In this document: in pieces, positions 18,573 through 26,592 of the stretch
How positions within the stretch are numbered: the first letter of the stretch is position 1
Layout: each line of letters opens with the position of its first letter
Virus record (IMG/VR): IMGVR_UViG_2974637116_000001
DNA length: 64,000 nt
Source: a virus
Strand: one strand, 5' to 3'
Made by a program: the position numbers and the translations under genes
Notes under the pieces: model-generated
The model's input: only the letters and a program-made list of their open reading frames with translations
What the model was told of the DNA's origin: nothing
The model's database searches: none

Positions 18573-19928
18573 ATGGCACAAGGTTTTGCATCAGATATTC
18601 CACCTGCCCTTAATGGCACCGCTAAGAAATATATTAGGGGTATGATGAAGGGTAAGAATAGGTGGAATAAACTCTATGGAAATCGTTCCAAAGAGGTGAT
18701 GCATAAAACTGCAAACAAGATGGCTATGGGAGAGATGTCTAAAATGCCACCAACATATAAAGATGTATTCGGAGAAGCAAATAAGTCTGGAGATAATTCT
18801 CTTCGTGACTGGTTTGGAAAGAGTAAGTCATCTGATGGAACACCTGGTTGGGTACAACTTGGTGGTAAGTTTGCAGGAAAACCTTGTGCAAAGCAACCTG
18901 GTCAGACTACTAAACCTAAATGCGGGTCTAGTAAGATGAAGAGAAACCTAAATAAAGGCGAAGAGGAAGCAGCATTCCGTCGTAAGAATGCTGAAGACCC
19001 AAATCCAGATAGAAAAGGGAAGGCAAAAAACGTGAAGACAGAAGATCTCGACCTTAAAAAAATGTCTAAAGAACTGGATGGTGCATCTAAGATGCATAAA
19101 GGTCAGTCCGAACGTATTAAAAAGCATCTTAAAAAAATGAATGTTGCAGAACGTGCTGACATGTGGCATCCAGATCCTGAGAAGGATAAGAAACTGGGTG
19201 GACCTGGTGCTAATGCTCGTGCCCGTGAAGATGGTGCTGCCGCTTCTAAACCAAAGGCAGACCCTAAGAAACTGAAACCAGGTGAGTCCTACATGGACTA
19301 TTCCAAACGTCAGAAGGCATCAAGGCCAAAGTCTGGTACTGCTGTCAGTAGATTGAATGCAATGGGTGCCAATATCAAACCTAAGAAAAAATCTTTATTG
19401 GGTAGATTAGGTCTTAAAAAAGAAGATGTTGTTAGTGAGAAAGCGGGCGAGAAGGATGCTTGCTATAAGAAAGTAAAAGCAAGTGCAAAGGTATGGCCTT
19501 CTGCATATGCTAGTGGTAGATTAGTCCAGTGCCGTAAGAAAGGTGCTGCTAACTATGGTAACAAGTCTGAAGGAATGACATTCCAACAGGTCCAAGAGAA
19601 GTGTTGGCAGGGATATAAGCGTGTTGGGATGAAGAAAAAGGGTAATAAGATGGTTCCTAATTGTGTTCCAGAGGAAGTGCAAACTGAAGGAGCAGCCTGG
19701 ACAAAAAAGTCAGGAAAGAACTCCGAGGGAGGACTCAATGAAAAAGGACGAAAGTCTTACGAAAAGGAAAATCCAGGATCTGACCTCAAAGCACCAAGCA
19801 CAAAGGTTGGAAATCCCCGCAGGGCATCCTTCTGCGCTCGAATGAAAGGCATGAGGAAGAGACAGAAAGCATCTAACAACACTGGAGATGACCGTCTGTC
19901 GAAGTCCTTAAGGAAGTGGAACTGCTAA
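18573..19928 (+). CDS. Lys-rich modular protein, probably an internal head protein (451 aa)
   Basis: Basic modules ('LRDWFGKSKS', 'KDACYKKVK', 'CWQGYKRVG', 'AAWTKKSGKN') separated by V/F-x-(x)-E sites. Confidence 0.65.
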   Translation: MAQGFASDIPPALNGTAKKYIRGMMKGKNRWNKLYGNRSKEVMHKTANKMAMGEMSKMPPTYKDVFGEANKSGDNSLRDWFGKSKSSDGTPGWVQLGGKFAGKPCAKQPGQTTKPKCGSSKMKRNLNKGEEEAAFRRKNAEDPNPDRKGKAKNVKTEDLDLKKMSKELDGASKMHKGQSERIKKHLKKMNVAERADMWHPDPEKDKKLGGPGANARAREDGAAASKPKADPKKLKPGESYMDYSKRQKASRPKSGTAVSRLNAMGANIKPKKKSLLGRLGLKKEDVVSEKAGEKDACYKKVKASAKVWPSAYASGRLVQCRKKGAANYGNKSEGMTFQQVQEKCWQGYKRVGMKKKGNKMVPNCVPEEVQTEGAAWTKKSGKNSEGGLNEKGRKSYEKENPGSDLKAPSTKVGNPRRASFCARMKGMRKRQKASNNTGDDRLSKSLRKWNC

Positions 19929-19932
19929 TCAA

Positions 19933-19965
19933 TTGACAAATTGTATCAACATGGTACAATAAATA
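19933..19965 (+). promoter_or_regulatory. Overlapping sigma70-like and late promoters
   Basis: TTGACA (19933-38), 16 nt, then TGG-TACAAT (19955-60), overlapping AATAAATA (19958-65). Confidence 0.7.
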
Positions 19966-19996
19966 GGTAAAACTATACCACGAGGATACTGCAGCA

Positions 19997-20290
19997 ATGA
20001 CTGATCCAAAAGAAGTCTCATCTTTTTCTATAGAAAGAAAAGAGTGTGAGAAGTGTGGTGCTGTTTGGTTAAATGGGCAGCACATGTGGACTGGTACTGG
20101 AAAGACGGGGAATGAATTAGATCTTGCTGGTTTGGTTTGCAACAATATTAGTAGAGAAAATCCAGATTATAATAAGTGTATTAACTCCAAGAGGGGCGAA
20201 ATTGGTGGTCAAACTTGGGAGTATAGAAGAGGATATGTTGAGGGTCAATTGGATGGTCTGATGAAGAAGTCAGCGATGCCTGACAGTTAA
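19997..20290 (+). CDS. Hypothetical Cys-containing protein, possible Zn ribbon (97 aa)
   Basis: CEKC plus two further Cys; downstream of the dual promoter. Confidence 0.65.
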   Translation: MTDPKEVSSFSIERKECEKCGAVWLNGQHMWTGTGKTGNELDLAGLVCNNISRENPDYNKCINSKRGEIGGQTWEYRRGYVEGQLDGLMKKSAMPDS

Positions 20291-20340
20291 AAGACATGCA
20301 CTAAAAGTCTAGTCATAGATAGTGTAGTTGCATATTTTTT

Positions 20341-20664
20341 ATGAGGATTCTAATTGCTTTCATTGCTTCATTTTTCATCGCTTTACCCGCATGGGCAGTA
20401 GATGTACAAATGGGTGCTGGCGGCAACCTAGTATTTGAACCGAATGAGATTACAATCTCTGCAGGTGATACTGTGCATTTTATTAATCAAGCACTACCTC
20501 CTCACAACATTATTGTTGAGGCACGTCCAGATCTCTCTAGAGAATCATTACTATTTGCTCCAGGAGAATCGCAGGATGTTGTATTTGCTGACGCAGGGGA
20601 CTATAATTTCTTTTGTGGTCCTCACCAGGGCGCAGGCATGACTGGCGTTGTTCACGTAAATTGA
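20341..20664 (+). CDS. petE: Plastocyanin (auxiliary metabolic gene)
   Basis: Signal peptide 'PAWA|VDV' and intact Cu ligands: H in 'PPHNI', and C, H, M in 'FFCGPHQGAGM'. Confidence 0.95.
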   Translation: MRILIAFIASFFIALPAWAVDVQMGAGGNLVFEPNEITISAGDTVHFINQALPPHNIIVEARPDLSRESLLFAPGESQDVVFADAGDYNFFCGPHQGAGMTGVVHVN

Positions 20665-20673
20665 GTTAATTAA

Positions 20674-21150
20674 ATGAAAGTTGGAATGATTGGTTTAGGT
20701 CGTACTGGCGAAGGCATGTCCCGCCGTATGATGGAAAAGGGAATTGAAGTCTGGGGTTACAGTAGTACTAACTACGAGAATGCCTGTGGACAATATGAAG
20801 CAGGACATATCAGTGGATGTGTAACTTCAATAGAGTATCTTGTTCAAGCAGTTAAATCTGATAGCAAGCAATACACTAGTGCGGGTAGAATTCCTGGTAT
20901 TTTTCAGATGACATGTCCAGAGCAAAAAGCAGAAGACACTCTAGATGAGTTACTACCATTACTCGAAGAGGGTGATATTATTATTGATCATAGCACCAGT
21001 GACATCTCAAAATGTCAGGAACTAGAAAAGTATTGTAGTAAGTTAGGTATCTCATATATCTTCTCTGGAGTATATGGGGCAACCCATGCTGTCAATGCAT
21101 GTTCTAAAATTTTCCAATCGCTATCACCAGGTAATGCCACACGAATTTGA
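20674..21150 (+). CDS. Truncated 6-phosphogluconate dehydrogenase-like protein (NAD(P)-binding domain only)
   Basis: 'MKVGMIGLGRTGEGMSRR' and 'LLEEGDIIIDHS' match the Gnd Rossmann domain. It is only 158 aa and has no C-terminal domain. Confidence 0.75.
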   Translation: MKVGMIGLGRTGEGMSRRMMEKGIEVWGYSSTNYENACGQYEAGHISGCVTSIEYLVQAVKSDSKQYTSAGRIPGIFQMTCPEQKAEDTLDELLPLLEEGDIIIDHSTSDISKCQELEKYCSKLGISYIFSGVYGATHAVNACSKIFQSLSPGNATRI

Positions 21151-21328
21151 TCCATGCGAAGCACCTGTAGAAGGTGAAGTTGATAAGTGGGGGTTTACTA
21201 TTAAACCTACTATTAGTGATGATGAATTAATTCTTATGTGTCTTAAGAATGCTCCTTGTGGTAGTGATAGAAAACAGGCAATAAAGTTAATTAAAATTTA
21301 CGAGGAAAAAATCAATGACTTTATCTGA
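21134..21328 (+). CDS. Hypothetical protein (64 aa, MPHEFDPCE...)
   Basis: The ATG at 21134 overlaps the end of the gnd-like gene and is a more likely start than 21074. Confidence 0.55.
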   Translation: MPHEFDPCEAPVEGEVDKWGFTIKPTISDDELILMCLKNAPCGSDRKQAIKLIKIYEEKINDFI

Positions 21329-21446
21329 TGTCCTACTTTTCGGATCACTACCATTCATATGTGCCACCATTTATTTCGGGCACAGAAAAGGTGAAAATGT
21401 CTATTATGAAAGTGACAAATATGACGGAAACGGAACAGCGCATTAA
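21315..21446 (+). CDS. ndhP: NdhP-like microprotein (NDH-1L small subunit homolog), 43 aa, absent from the ORF track
   Basis: MTLSDVLLFGSLPFICATIYFGHRKGENVYYESDKYDGNGTAH: one TM helix plus 'FG.R.G...Y.[ST]D.Y.GNG[ST]AH', the NdhP C-terminal signature. GAGG RBS at 21302-05. Confidence 0.85.
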   Translation: MTLSDVLLFGSLPFICATIYFGHRKGENVYYESDKYDGNGTAH

Positions 21447-21636
21447 GATGAGACATGCGTTTGCCATGTCATCATTTGCTAGAATGTTCACCCCAAACAG
21501 ATTAACAAGTGAAATGAGGAGTCTTTGTCATGAATGGTCTAAGATTGAAGAACAACCACCTACAGGTGATTTGTATCAAGTAGATCGTTATTTTTTAGAA
21601 CTTTGGAAAACATGGTCATTGAAATCAGCATTATAG
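21421..21636 (+). CDS. Hypothetical protein (start at 21421 or 21448)
   Basis: The 5' extension to 21328 overlaps ndhP. In-frame ATGs lie at 21421 and at 21448 (TAAG-ATG after ndhP). Confidence 0.55.
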   Translation: MTETEQRIKMRHAFAMSSFARMFTPNRLTSEMRSLCHEWSKIEEQPPTGDLYQVDRYFLELWKTWSLKSAL

Positions 21637-21692
21637 TAATCTATTGTTTATTTGGATTAATTCTATTCACCTTATCGGTTTTACAAGAATGA
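21612..21692 (+). CDS. Single-TM microprotein (26 aa)
   Basis: MVIEISIIVIYCLFGLILFTLSVLQE; its TGA overlaps the next ATG (ATGA). Confidence 0.45.
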   Translation: MVIEISIIVIYCLFGLILFTLSVLQE

Positions 21693-21841
21693 TGTTGCAA
21701 TTTGCTAGGTTTTGTGGGACTGTACTTAACAACCCATATGGATTAGGAATCATGGCATGGTGCCTGGTTTTCGTTCCCATTATAGGAATGTGGGCAGTTC
21801 ACAAATATGATTGGCAACATTGGGAACCTTTCAAAAAATGA
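21689..21841 (+). CDS. Single-TM microprotein (50 aa)
   Basis: MMLQFARFCGTVLNNPYGLGIMAWCLVFVPIIGMWAVHKYDWQHWEPFKK; ATGA-coupled at both ends. Confidence 0.6.
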   Translation: MMLQFARFCGTVLNNPYGLGIMAWCLVFVPIIGMWAVHKYDWQHWEPFKK

Positions 21842-22047
21842 ATTTATTATTACGACCTCTAGATAATGTTGCTGATCCTGTGTGGTCAGTAATTATCTGT
21901 GTGATACTTGCCGTTGCTGGTGCTTTGTTTGTAGTTATATACATACTAAGAGAAGCATTTGCAGAGTTAGAAGATGGGAGCGTTGACACCACCGAGCAGG
22001 AAGAGCTGCTACAACTTCCGAGTGACGGAGATCAATCGTGTTCTTGA
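21838..22047 (+). CDS. Single-TM small protein (69 aa)
   Basis: MNLLLRPLDNVADPVWSVIICVILAVAGALFVVIYILREAFAE...; ATGA-coupled. Confidence 0.55.
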   Translation: MNLLLRPLDNVADPVWSVIICVILAVAGALFVVIYILREAFAELEDGSVDTTEQEELLQLPSDGDQSCS

Positions 22048-22435
22048 TGGTGATACTATCGATGTCACTATTGACCTCGGGTTTGATTTATACAAGAAAG
22101 AAAGAGTTAGAGTTGCAGGCGTTGATACACCAGAGAAAAGAACGAGAAACTTAGAGGAGAAGGCTCTTGGAATCGACGCAACAAACTGGCTCAAAGAAAA
22201 ACTCGAAGGCACGTTGGCTGGTGATGATGAGTTGTCTGTTAGGACTGAACTTGTTGGTGGCACTGGCAAATACGGGCGTCTTCTGGGTTGGCTTTACATT
22301 GGGGACGACAGTGTGTCCCTTAACGAGCAAATGATTACCGAAGGGTATGCTCACGCATACGATGGTGGCACCAAGGATATGAATCTGGAAAAACTAAAAG
22401 AGATTCGTAGAGCACACGGAACATTAGTAGAATGA
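21974..22435 (+). CDS. Staphylococcal-nuclease-like (thermonuclease) endonuclease
   Basis: 'RVLDGDTIDV', 'RVRVAGVDTPE', 'KYGRLLGWLY', 'MITEGYA'. Confidence 0.85.
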   Translation: MGALTPPSRKSCYNFRVTEINRVLDGDTIDVTIDLGFDLYKKERVRVAGVDTPEKRTRNLEEKALGIDATNWLKEKLEGTLAGDDELSVRTELVGGTGKYGRLLGWLYIGDDSVSLNEQMITEGYAHAYDGGTKDMNLEKLKEIRRAHGTLVE

Positions 22436-22518
22436 TGAGCGGTTTATTTGTATTTGGATTTATTATATTGCTTACAATAGGAATGGAAATTACTTTGCCT
22501 GTGAAGAATAGAAGATGA
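22432..22518 (+). CDS. Single-TM microprotein (28 aa)
   Basis: MMSGLFVFGFIILLTIGMEITLPVKNRR; ATGA-coupled to both the nuclease and gp17. Confidence 0.5.
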   Translation: MMSGLFVFGFIILLTIGMEITLPVKNRR

Positions 22519-24164
22519 GTACAACTGAACAGTATCTTGGTAATCCCAATCTAAAGAAAGCAAACGTTGCTACAGAGTTTTCTCCTGAAGAAGTGCAGGA
22601 GTATCTTAAGTGTGCGGATGATCCTGTATATTTTATCCAGACATACATTAAAATTGTTTCTCTGGATAAGGGTTTGATTCCTTTTGACATGTATGACTTT
22701 CAGGTTGATATGACCAGGAAGTTTCATGACAATAGATTTAATATTGCAAAGTTACCTCGTCAGTCTGGTAAGTCCACTATCGTTACATCATACCTTCTTT
22801 GGTATGTACTTTTTAATGCGAATGTTAATGTCGCTATTCTAGCAAACAAAGCAGCAACCTCCCGCGAGATGCTGCAAAGATTACAACTAAGTTATGAAAA
22901 TCTCCCCAAATGGCTCCAGCAAGGTATCCTCCAATGGAACAGGGGCAGTCTGGAATTGGAGAACGGCAGTAAAATCATGGCTGCCTCTACTAGTTCTAGT
23001 GCCGTCAGGGGCATGTCTTTTAATGTCATATTTCTGGACGAGTTCGCGTTTGTTCCGAACCATATTGCTGACCAGTTCTTTTCATCTGTCTATCCTACTA
23101 TATCTTCTGGTAAAAGCACAAAGGTAATTATCATCTCCACGCCACACGGGATGAATATGTTCTACAAGTTATGGCATGATTCTGAGAGAGGTAAGAATGA
23201 ATATATACCAACAGAAGTTCATTGGTCTGCTGTTCCTGGTAGAGATACTGCGTGGAAAGAACAGACTATCAAGAACACTTCAGAACAACAGTTCAAGGTT
23301 GAGTTTGAATGTGAGTTCCTTGGTTCTGTTGATACCCTTATTAGTCCTAGTAAGTTGAGGACTATGCCGTACATAGATCCCATTGCACAAAACAAAGGAC
23401 TTGCAATTTATAAACGTGTTGAACCTGAACATAATTATATCATAACAGTTGACGTTGCTCGTGGCACAAGTCAAGATTACTCGGCGTTTTGTGTTATGGA
23501 TACTACGACAGTACCATATGAACTAGTTGCTAGATATAGGAATAATGAAATCAAACCTATCATCTTCCCCAATGTTATTATAGATGTGGCGAGAAATTAT
23601 AACTATGCGTATATTTTATGTGAGGTAAATGACATTGGTGGACAGGTTGCAGATATTATCCAGTTTGATTTAGAGTATGAAAATCTTCTGATGGTAGCAA
23701 TGCGTGGTCGTGCTGGTCAACAACTTGGTCAAGGTTTCTCTGGCAAGAAAACACAACTGGGTGTCAAGATGTCTAGTGCGGTTAAGCAGGTTGGATGCTC
23801 TAATCTTAAAGCATTGATTGAGGAAGACAAACTCATCATTCCTGATTATGAAACTATTGCAGAACTAACTACTTTTATTGTTAAAGGTCAATCATTTGCT
23901 GCAGAAGATGGATGTAATGATGACCTTGCTATGTGTCTTGTCATTTTTGCCTGGATGGCGATGCAAGAATACTTTAAACAGATGCACGATAATGATATAA
24001 GACAACGTATCTATGATGACCAAAGAGAAAATATTGAACAGGATATGGCACCGTTTGGATTTATGTCAGACGGATTAGAAGATGATCATATTATTGATGC
24101 TCAGGGTGAGGTGTGGCAGGTTGCGGAATACGGCGATAAATCCTATATGTGGGAGTTTAGGTAA
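22515..24164 (+). CDS. gp17: Terminase large subunit gp17
   Basis: Walker A 'LPRQSGKST', Walker B 'IFLDEFAF', 'STPHG', and nuclease motif 'DDLAM'. Confidence 0.97.
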   Translation: MSTTEQYLGNPNLKKANVATEFSPEEVQEYLKCADDPVYFIQTYIKIVSLDKGLIPFDMYDFQVDMTRKFHDNRFNIAKLPRQSGKSTIVTSYLLWYVLFNANVNVAILANKAATSREMLQRLQLSYENLPKWLQQGILQWNRGSLELENGSKIMAASTSSSAVRGMSFNVIFLDEFAFVPNHIADQFFSSVYPTISSGKSTKVIIISTPHGMNMFYKLWHDSERGKNEYIPTEVHWSAVPGRDTAWKEQTIKNTSEQQFKVEFECEFLGSVDTLISPSKLRTMPYIDPIAQNKGLAIYKRVEPEHNYIITVDVARGTSQDYSAFCVMDTTTVPYELVARYRNNEIKPIIFPNVIIDVARNYNYAYILCEVNDIGGQVADIIQFDLEYENLLMVAMRGRAGQQLGQGFSGKKTQLGVKMSSAVKQVGCSNLKALIEEDKLIIPDYETIAELTTFIVKGQSFAAEDGCNDDLAMCLVIFAWMAMQEYFKQMHDNDIRQRIYDDQRENIEQDMAPFGFMSDGLEDDHIIDAQGEVWQVAEYGDKSYMWEFR

Positions 24165-24175
24165 GGTTTCAAAAA

Positions 24176-24183
24176 TATAAATA
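24176..24183 (+). promoter_or_regulatory. Late promoter for gp18
   Basis: Exact TATAAATA. Confidence 0.85.
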
Positions 24184-24226
24184 ATCTTAGACAACCGATG
24201 TTGAAATCACCTAGGAGCATTTAAAC

Positions 24227-26491
24227 ATGGCAGCCAACCAATCCTCGCCAGGGGTAGTCTTTCAGGAAAGAGACCTGACGACTATCACAACACTATCGAC
24301 CGCTAATGTCGGTCTACTTGCAGCACCATTTGCTGATGGTCCAGTAGAGCAAATTGTAGAAATTGCTAATGAGAGAGAACTTGCCAATGTTTTTGGTAAG
24401 CCAAATGAAAATAACTATGAGTATTGGTTTACTGCATCGCAGTTCCTTGCTTATGGCGGAACACTGAAGACTGTTCGCGTTGCATCATCTTCTCTTAAAA
24501 ACGGAGTATTTGATCACACTGGTTCTGTTGATACCATTCTGATTAAAAACTTGGACGAGTATGAGGGAACTCATGAAACGTCTGGTAGCAATACCTTTAC
24601 TTGGGCAGCAAGAACTCCTGGTTCTTTAGGTAACTCCATCGGTATTTTTGTAACCGACGCTGGTGCAGATCAAATTTTGGCGCTTACTGCTCCTTCAACT
24701 GGTAACGAGCATGAGTTTGTTGCTGATGAAGCGGTAACTGCTACATCTGGTGCCGCAGGTAAAGTCTTCAAGTACAGCATTGTTCTGTCGATTGATACCA
24801 TTGTTGGTTCTTTCTCTCCAGGAGTAGCAACTACCATTAATATTGGTGGTTCTGAAGAATCAGTTACTGTTCTTTCATACGATGCTCCTAATAAGAAACT
24901 GGAAATTGCTCTTCCTGGTGGCGGTGTTACTGGCATTCTTGGTGATGGTCAAGTAATTACTCAGGGAACTAATACTGCAGCAATTAATACAACGATTAGT
25001 CGTCGTCTGTTCGTTGGTTTAAACAACGGTAGTATTGAATTCGCTGCTTCTGATAGCGTTGAAGATACCAACTCAACTGCAGTTGTAGCTACATCTGTAG
25101 TCGATGAGTATACAGAGCGTGAGTATCTTCCTGGTTTGAAGTGGATTAATGTTGCTGGTCGTCCTACTACTACTAATTGGGCATCTAATGCTGGCGGTAG
25201 TAATGATGAACTGCATGTTTTAGTTCTTGACATTGATGGTAAAATTACTGGCACAACTGGTGCTGTACTTGAACGTTTCATTGGTCTTTCTAAAGCAAGT
25301 GATGCTAAGACAACCATTGGCGAAACTAACTATTACGCCACTGTTATTAAGCAGCGTTCTCAGTATATTTACTGGGGATCTCATGAGACTCAAGTATTCG
25401 CTGCAACTTCTACAGCAGCTGATGGTAACTGGGGTCTGACTGCATCATCCAGATACTTCAATCGTCTTCGTAGTGCTTCTGGTACTACATCGTATCCTAC
25501 TAATGCAATTACATTAAATAGTACGAATAACGCCACCTACTACTATCGTCTTACTTCTGGTGCTGACTACGCTACTGGCGCTGGTCAATATACTGTCACT
25601 AATACCGATTTGGTAAGTGCGTATGAATTAGGAGAAGATCCTGAATCCCAAGTTGTAGATTTCATCTTAACAGGTCCTTCTGGTGCTGATGATGCAGCTG
25701 CAATTGCTAAGATTACTTCGCTGGTAAATATTGCCGAAGAGCGTCGTGACTGCATGTTGTTTGTATCTCCCCGCAGAGGTAACATTGTTGGTGTAAGTAG
25801 TGCTACTACTGCTACCGATAACATCATCGATTTCTTCAATCAGTTACCTAGTTCTTCTTACGTAGCATTTGATTCTGGTTATAAGTACATCTACGATAAG
25901 TACAATGATGTCTATCGTTATGTTCCTTGTAACGGTGACGTTGCTGGTCTTTGCTTGCAGACAACCGAAGTCGCAGAACCTTGGTTCTCTCCTGCTGGTT
26001 TCCAACGTGGTAACTTGAGAAATGCAATTAAACTTGCATTTACTCCCACCAAGTCTCAACGTGATCGTCTCTATGGTGCTCGCGTTAACCCGATTGTTTC
26101 CTTCCCTGGTCAAGGTGTTGTTCTTTACGGAGACAAGACTGCTCTCGGATTTGCTTCTGCATTCGATAGAATCAACGTTCGTCGTTTGTTCTTGACTCTG
26201 GAGAGAGTTATTAGTGGTGCTGCTAAGTCACAACTGTTTGAACAGAATGATGAATCACAGCGTTCACTCTTCCTGAACATTGTCGAACCTTATCTGCGCG
26301 ATGTTCAAGGTCGTCGTGGTGTTACTGACTTCCTTGTCAAGTGTGACACTGACAACAACCCTCCTGAAGCCGTTGATCGTGGTGAGTTCTATGCAGAAAT
26401 CTTCGTAAAACCAACCCGTACAATCAACTATATCACACTGACGTTTGTTGCAACCAGAACTGGTGTTGCATTTACTGAAGTTGCTTCCTGA
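24227..26491 (+). CDS. gp18: Tail sheath protein gp18
   Basis: 'SPGVVFQERDLT', 'PWFSPAG', 'DRINVRRLF', 'KPTRTINYI'. Confidence 0.97.
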   Translation: MAANQSSPGVVFQERDLTTITTLSTANVGLLAAPFADGPVEQIVEIANERELANVFGKPNENNYEYWFTASQFLAYGGTLKTVRVASSSLKNGVFDHTGSVDTILIKNLDEYEGTHETSGSNTFTWAARTPGSLGNSIGIFVTDAGADQILALTAPSTGNEHEFVADEAVTATSGAAGKVFKYSIVLSIDTIVGSFSPGVATTINIGGSEESVTVLSYDAPNKKLEIALPGGGVTGILGDGQVITQGTNTAAINTTISRRLFVGLNNGSIEFAASDSVEDTNSTAVVATSVVDEYTEREYLPGLKWINVAGRPTTTNWASNAGGSNDELHVLVLDIDGKITGTTGAVLERFIGLSKASDAKTTIGETNYYATVIKQRSQYIYWGSHETQVFAATSTAADGNWGLTASSRYFNRLRSASGTTSYPTNAITLNSTNNATYYYRLTSGADYATGAGQYTVTNTDLVSAYELGEDPESQVVDFILTGPSGADDAAAIAKITSLVNIAEERRDCMLFVSPRRGNIVGVSSATTATDNIIDFFNQLPSSSYVAFDSGYKYIYDKYNDVYRYVPCNGDVAGLCLQTTEVAEPWFSPAGFQRGNLRNAIKLAFTPTKSQRDRLYGARVNPIVSFPGQGVVLYGDKTALGFASAFDRINVRRLFLTLERVISGAAKSQLFEQNDESQRSLFLNIVEPYLRDVQGRRGVTDFLVKCDTDNNPPEAVDRGEFYAEIFVKPTRTINYITLTFVATRTGVAFTEVAS

Positions 26492-26510
26492 TAAAAACTA
26501 ACATAATTAG

Positions 26511-26535
26511 GAGACCCTACGGGGTCTCTTTTTTT
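26511..26535 (+). terminator. Rho-independent terminator after gp18
   Basis: GAGACCC-TACG-GGGTCTC followed by T7. Confidence 0.9.
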
Positions 26536-26555
26536 GTCTGAAAATATTGTTTCTA

Positions 26556-26562
26556 ATAAATA
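26556..26562 (+). promoter_or_regulatory. Late promoter for gp19
   Basis: ATAAATA about 31 nt upstream of the ATG. Confidence 0.75.
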
Positions 26563-26592
26563 CTAGCGACGGAGACACTGAGCATAAAAACC

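Noticed and set aside
21328-21420. 5' part of the 102-aa ORF 21328-21636
   Set aside because: It overlaps the NdhP-like ORF in another frame, and downstream ATGs (21421/21448) are better starts.
22515-24164. Introns, inteins or homing endonucleases in gp17, gp20, gp23, gp41, gp43 and uvsX
   Set aside because: All are continuous and of normal length. No HNH, GIY-YIG or LAGLIDADG motifs were seen.
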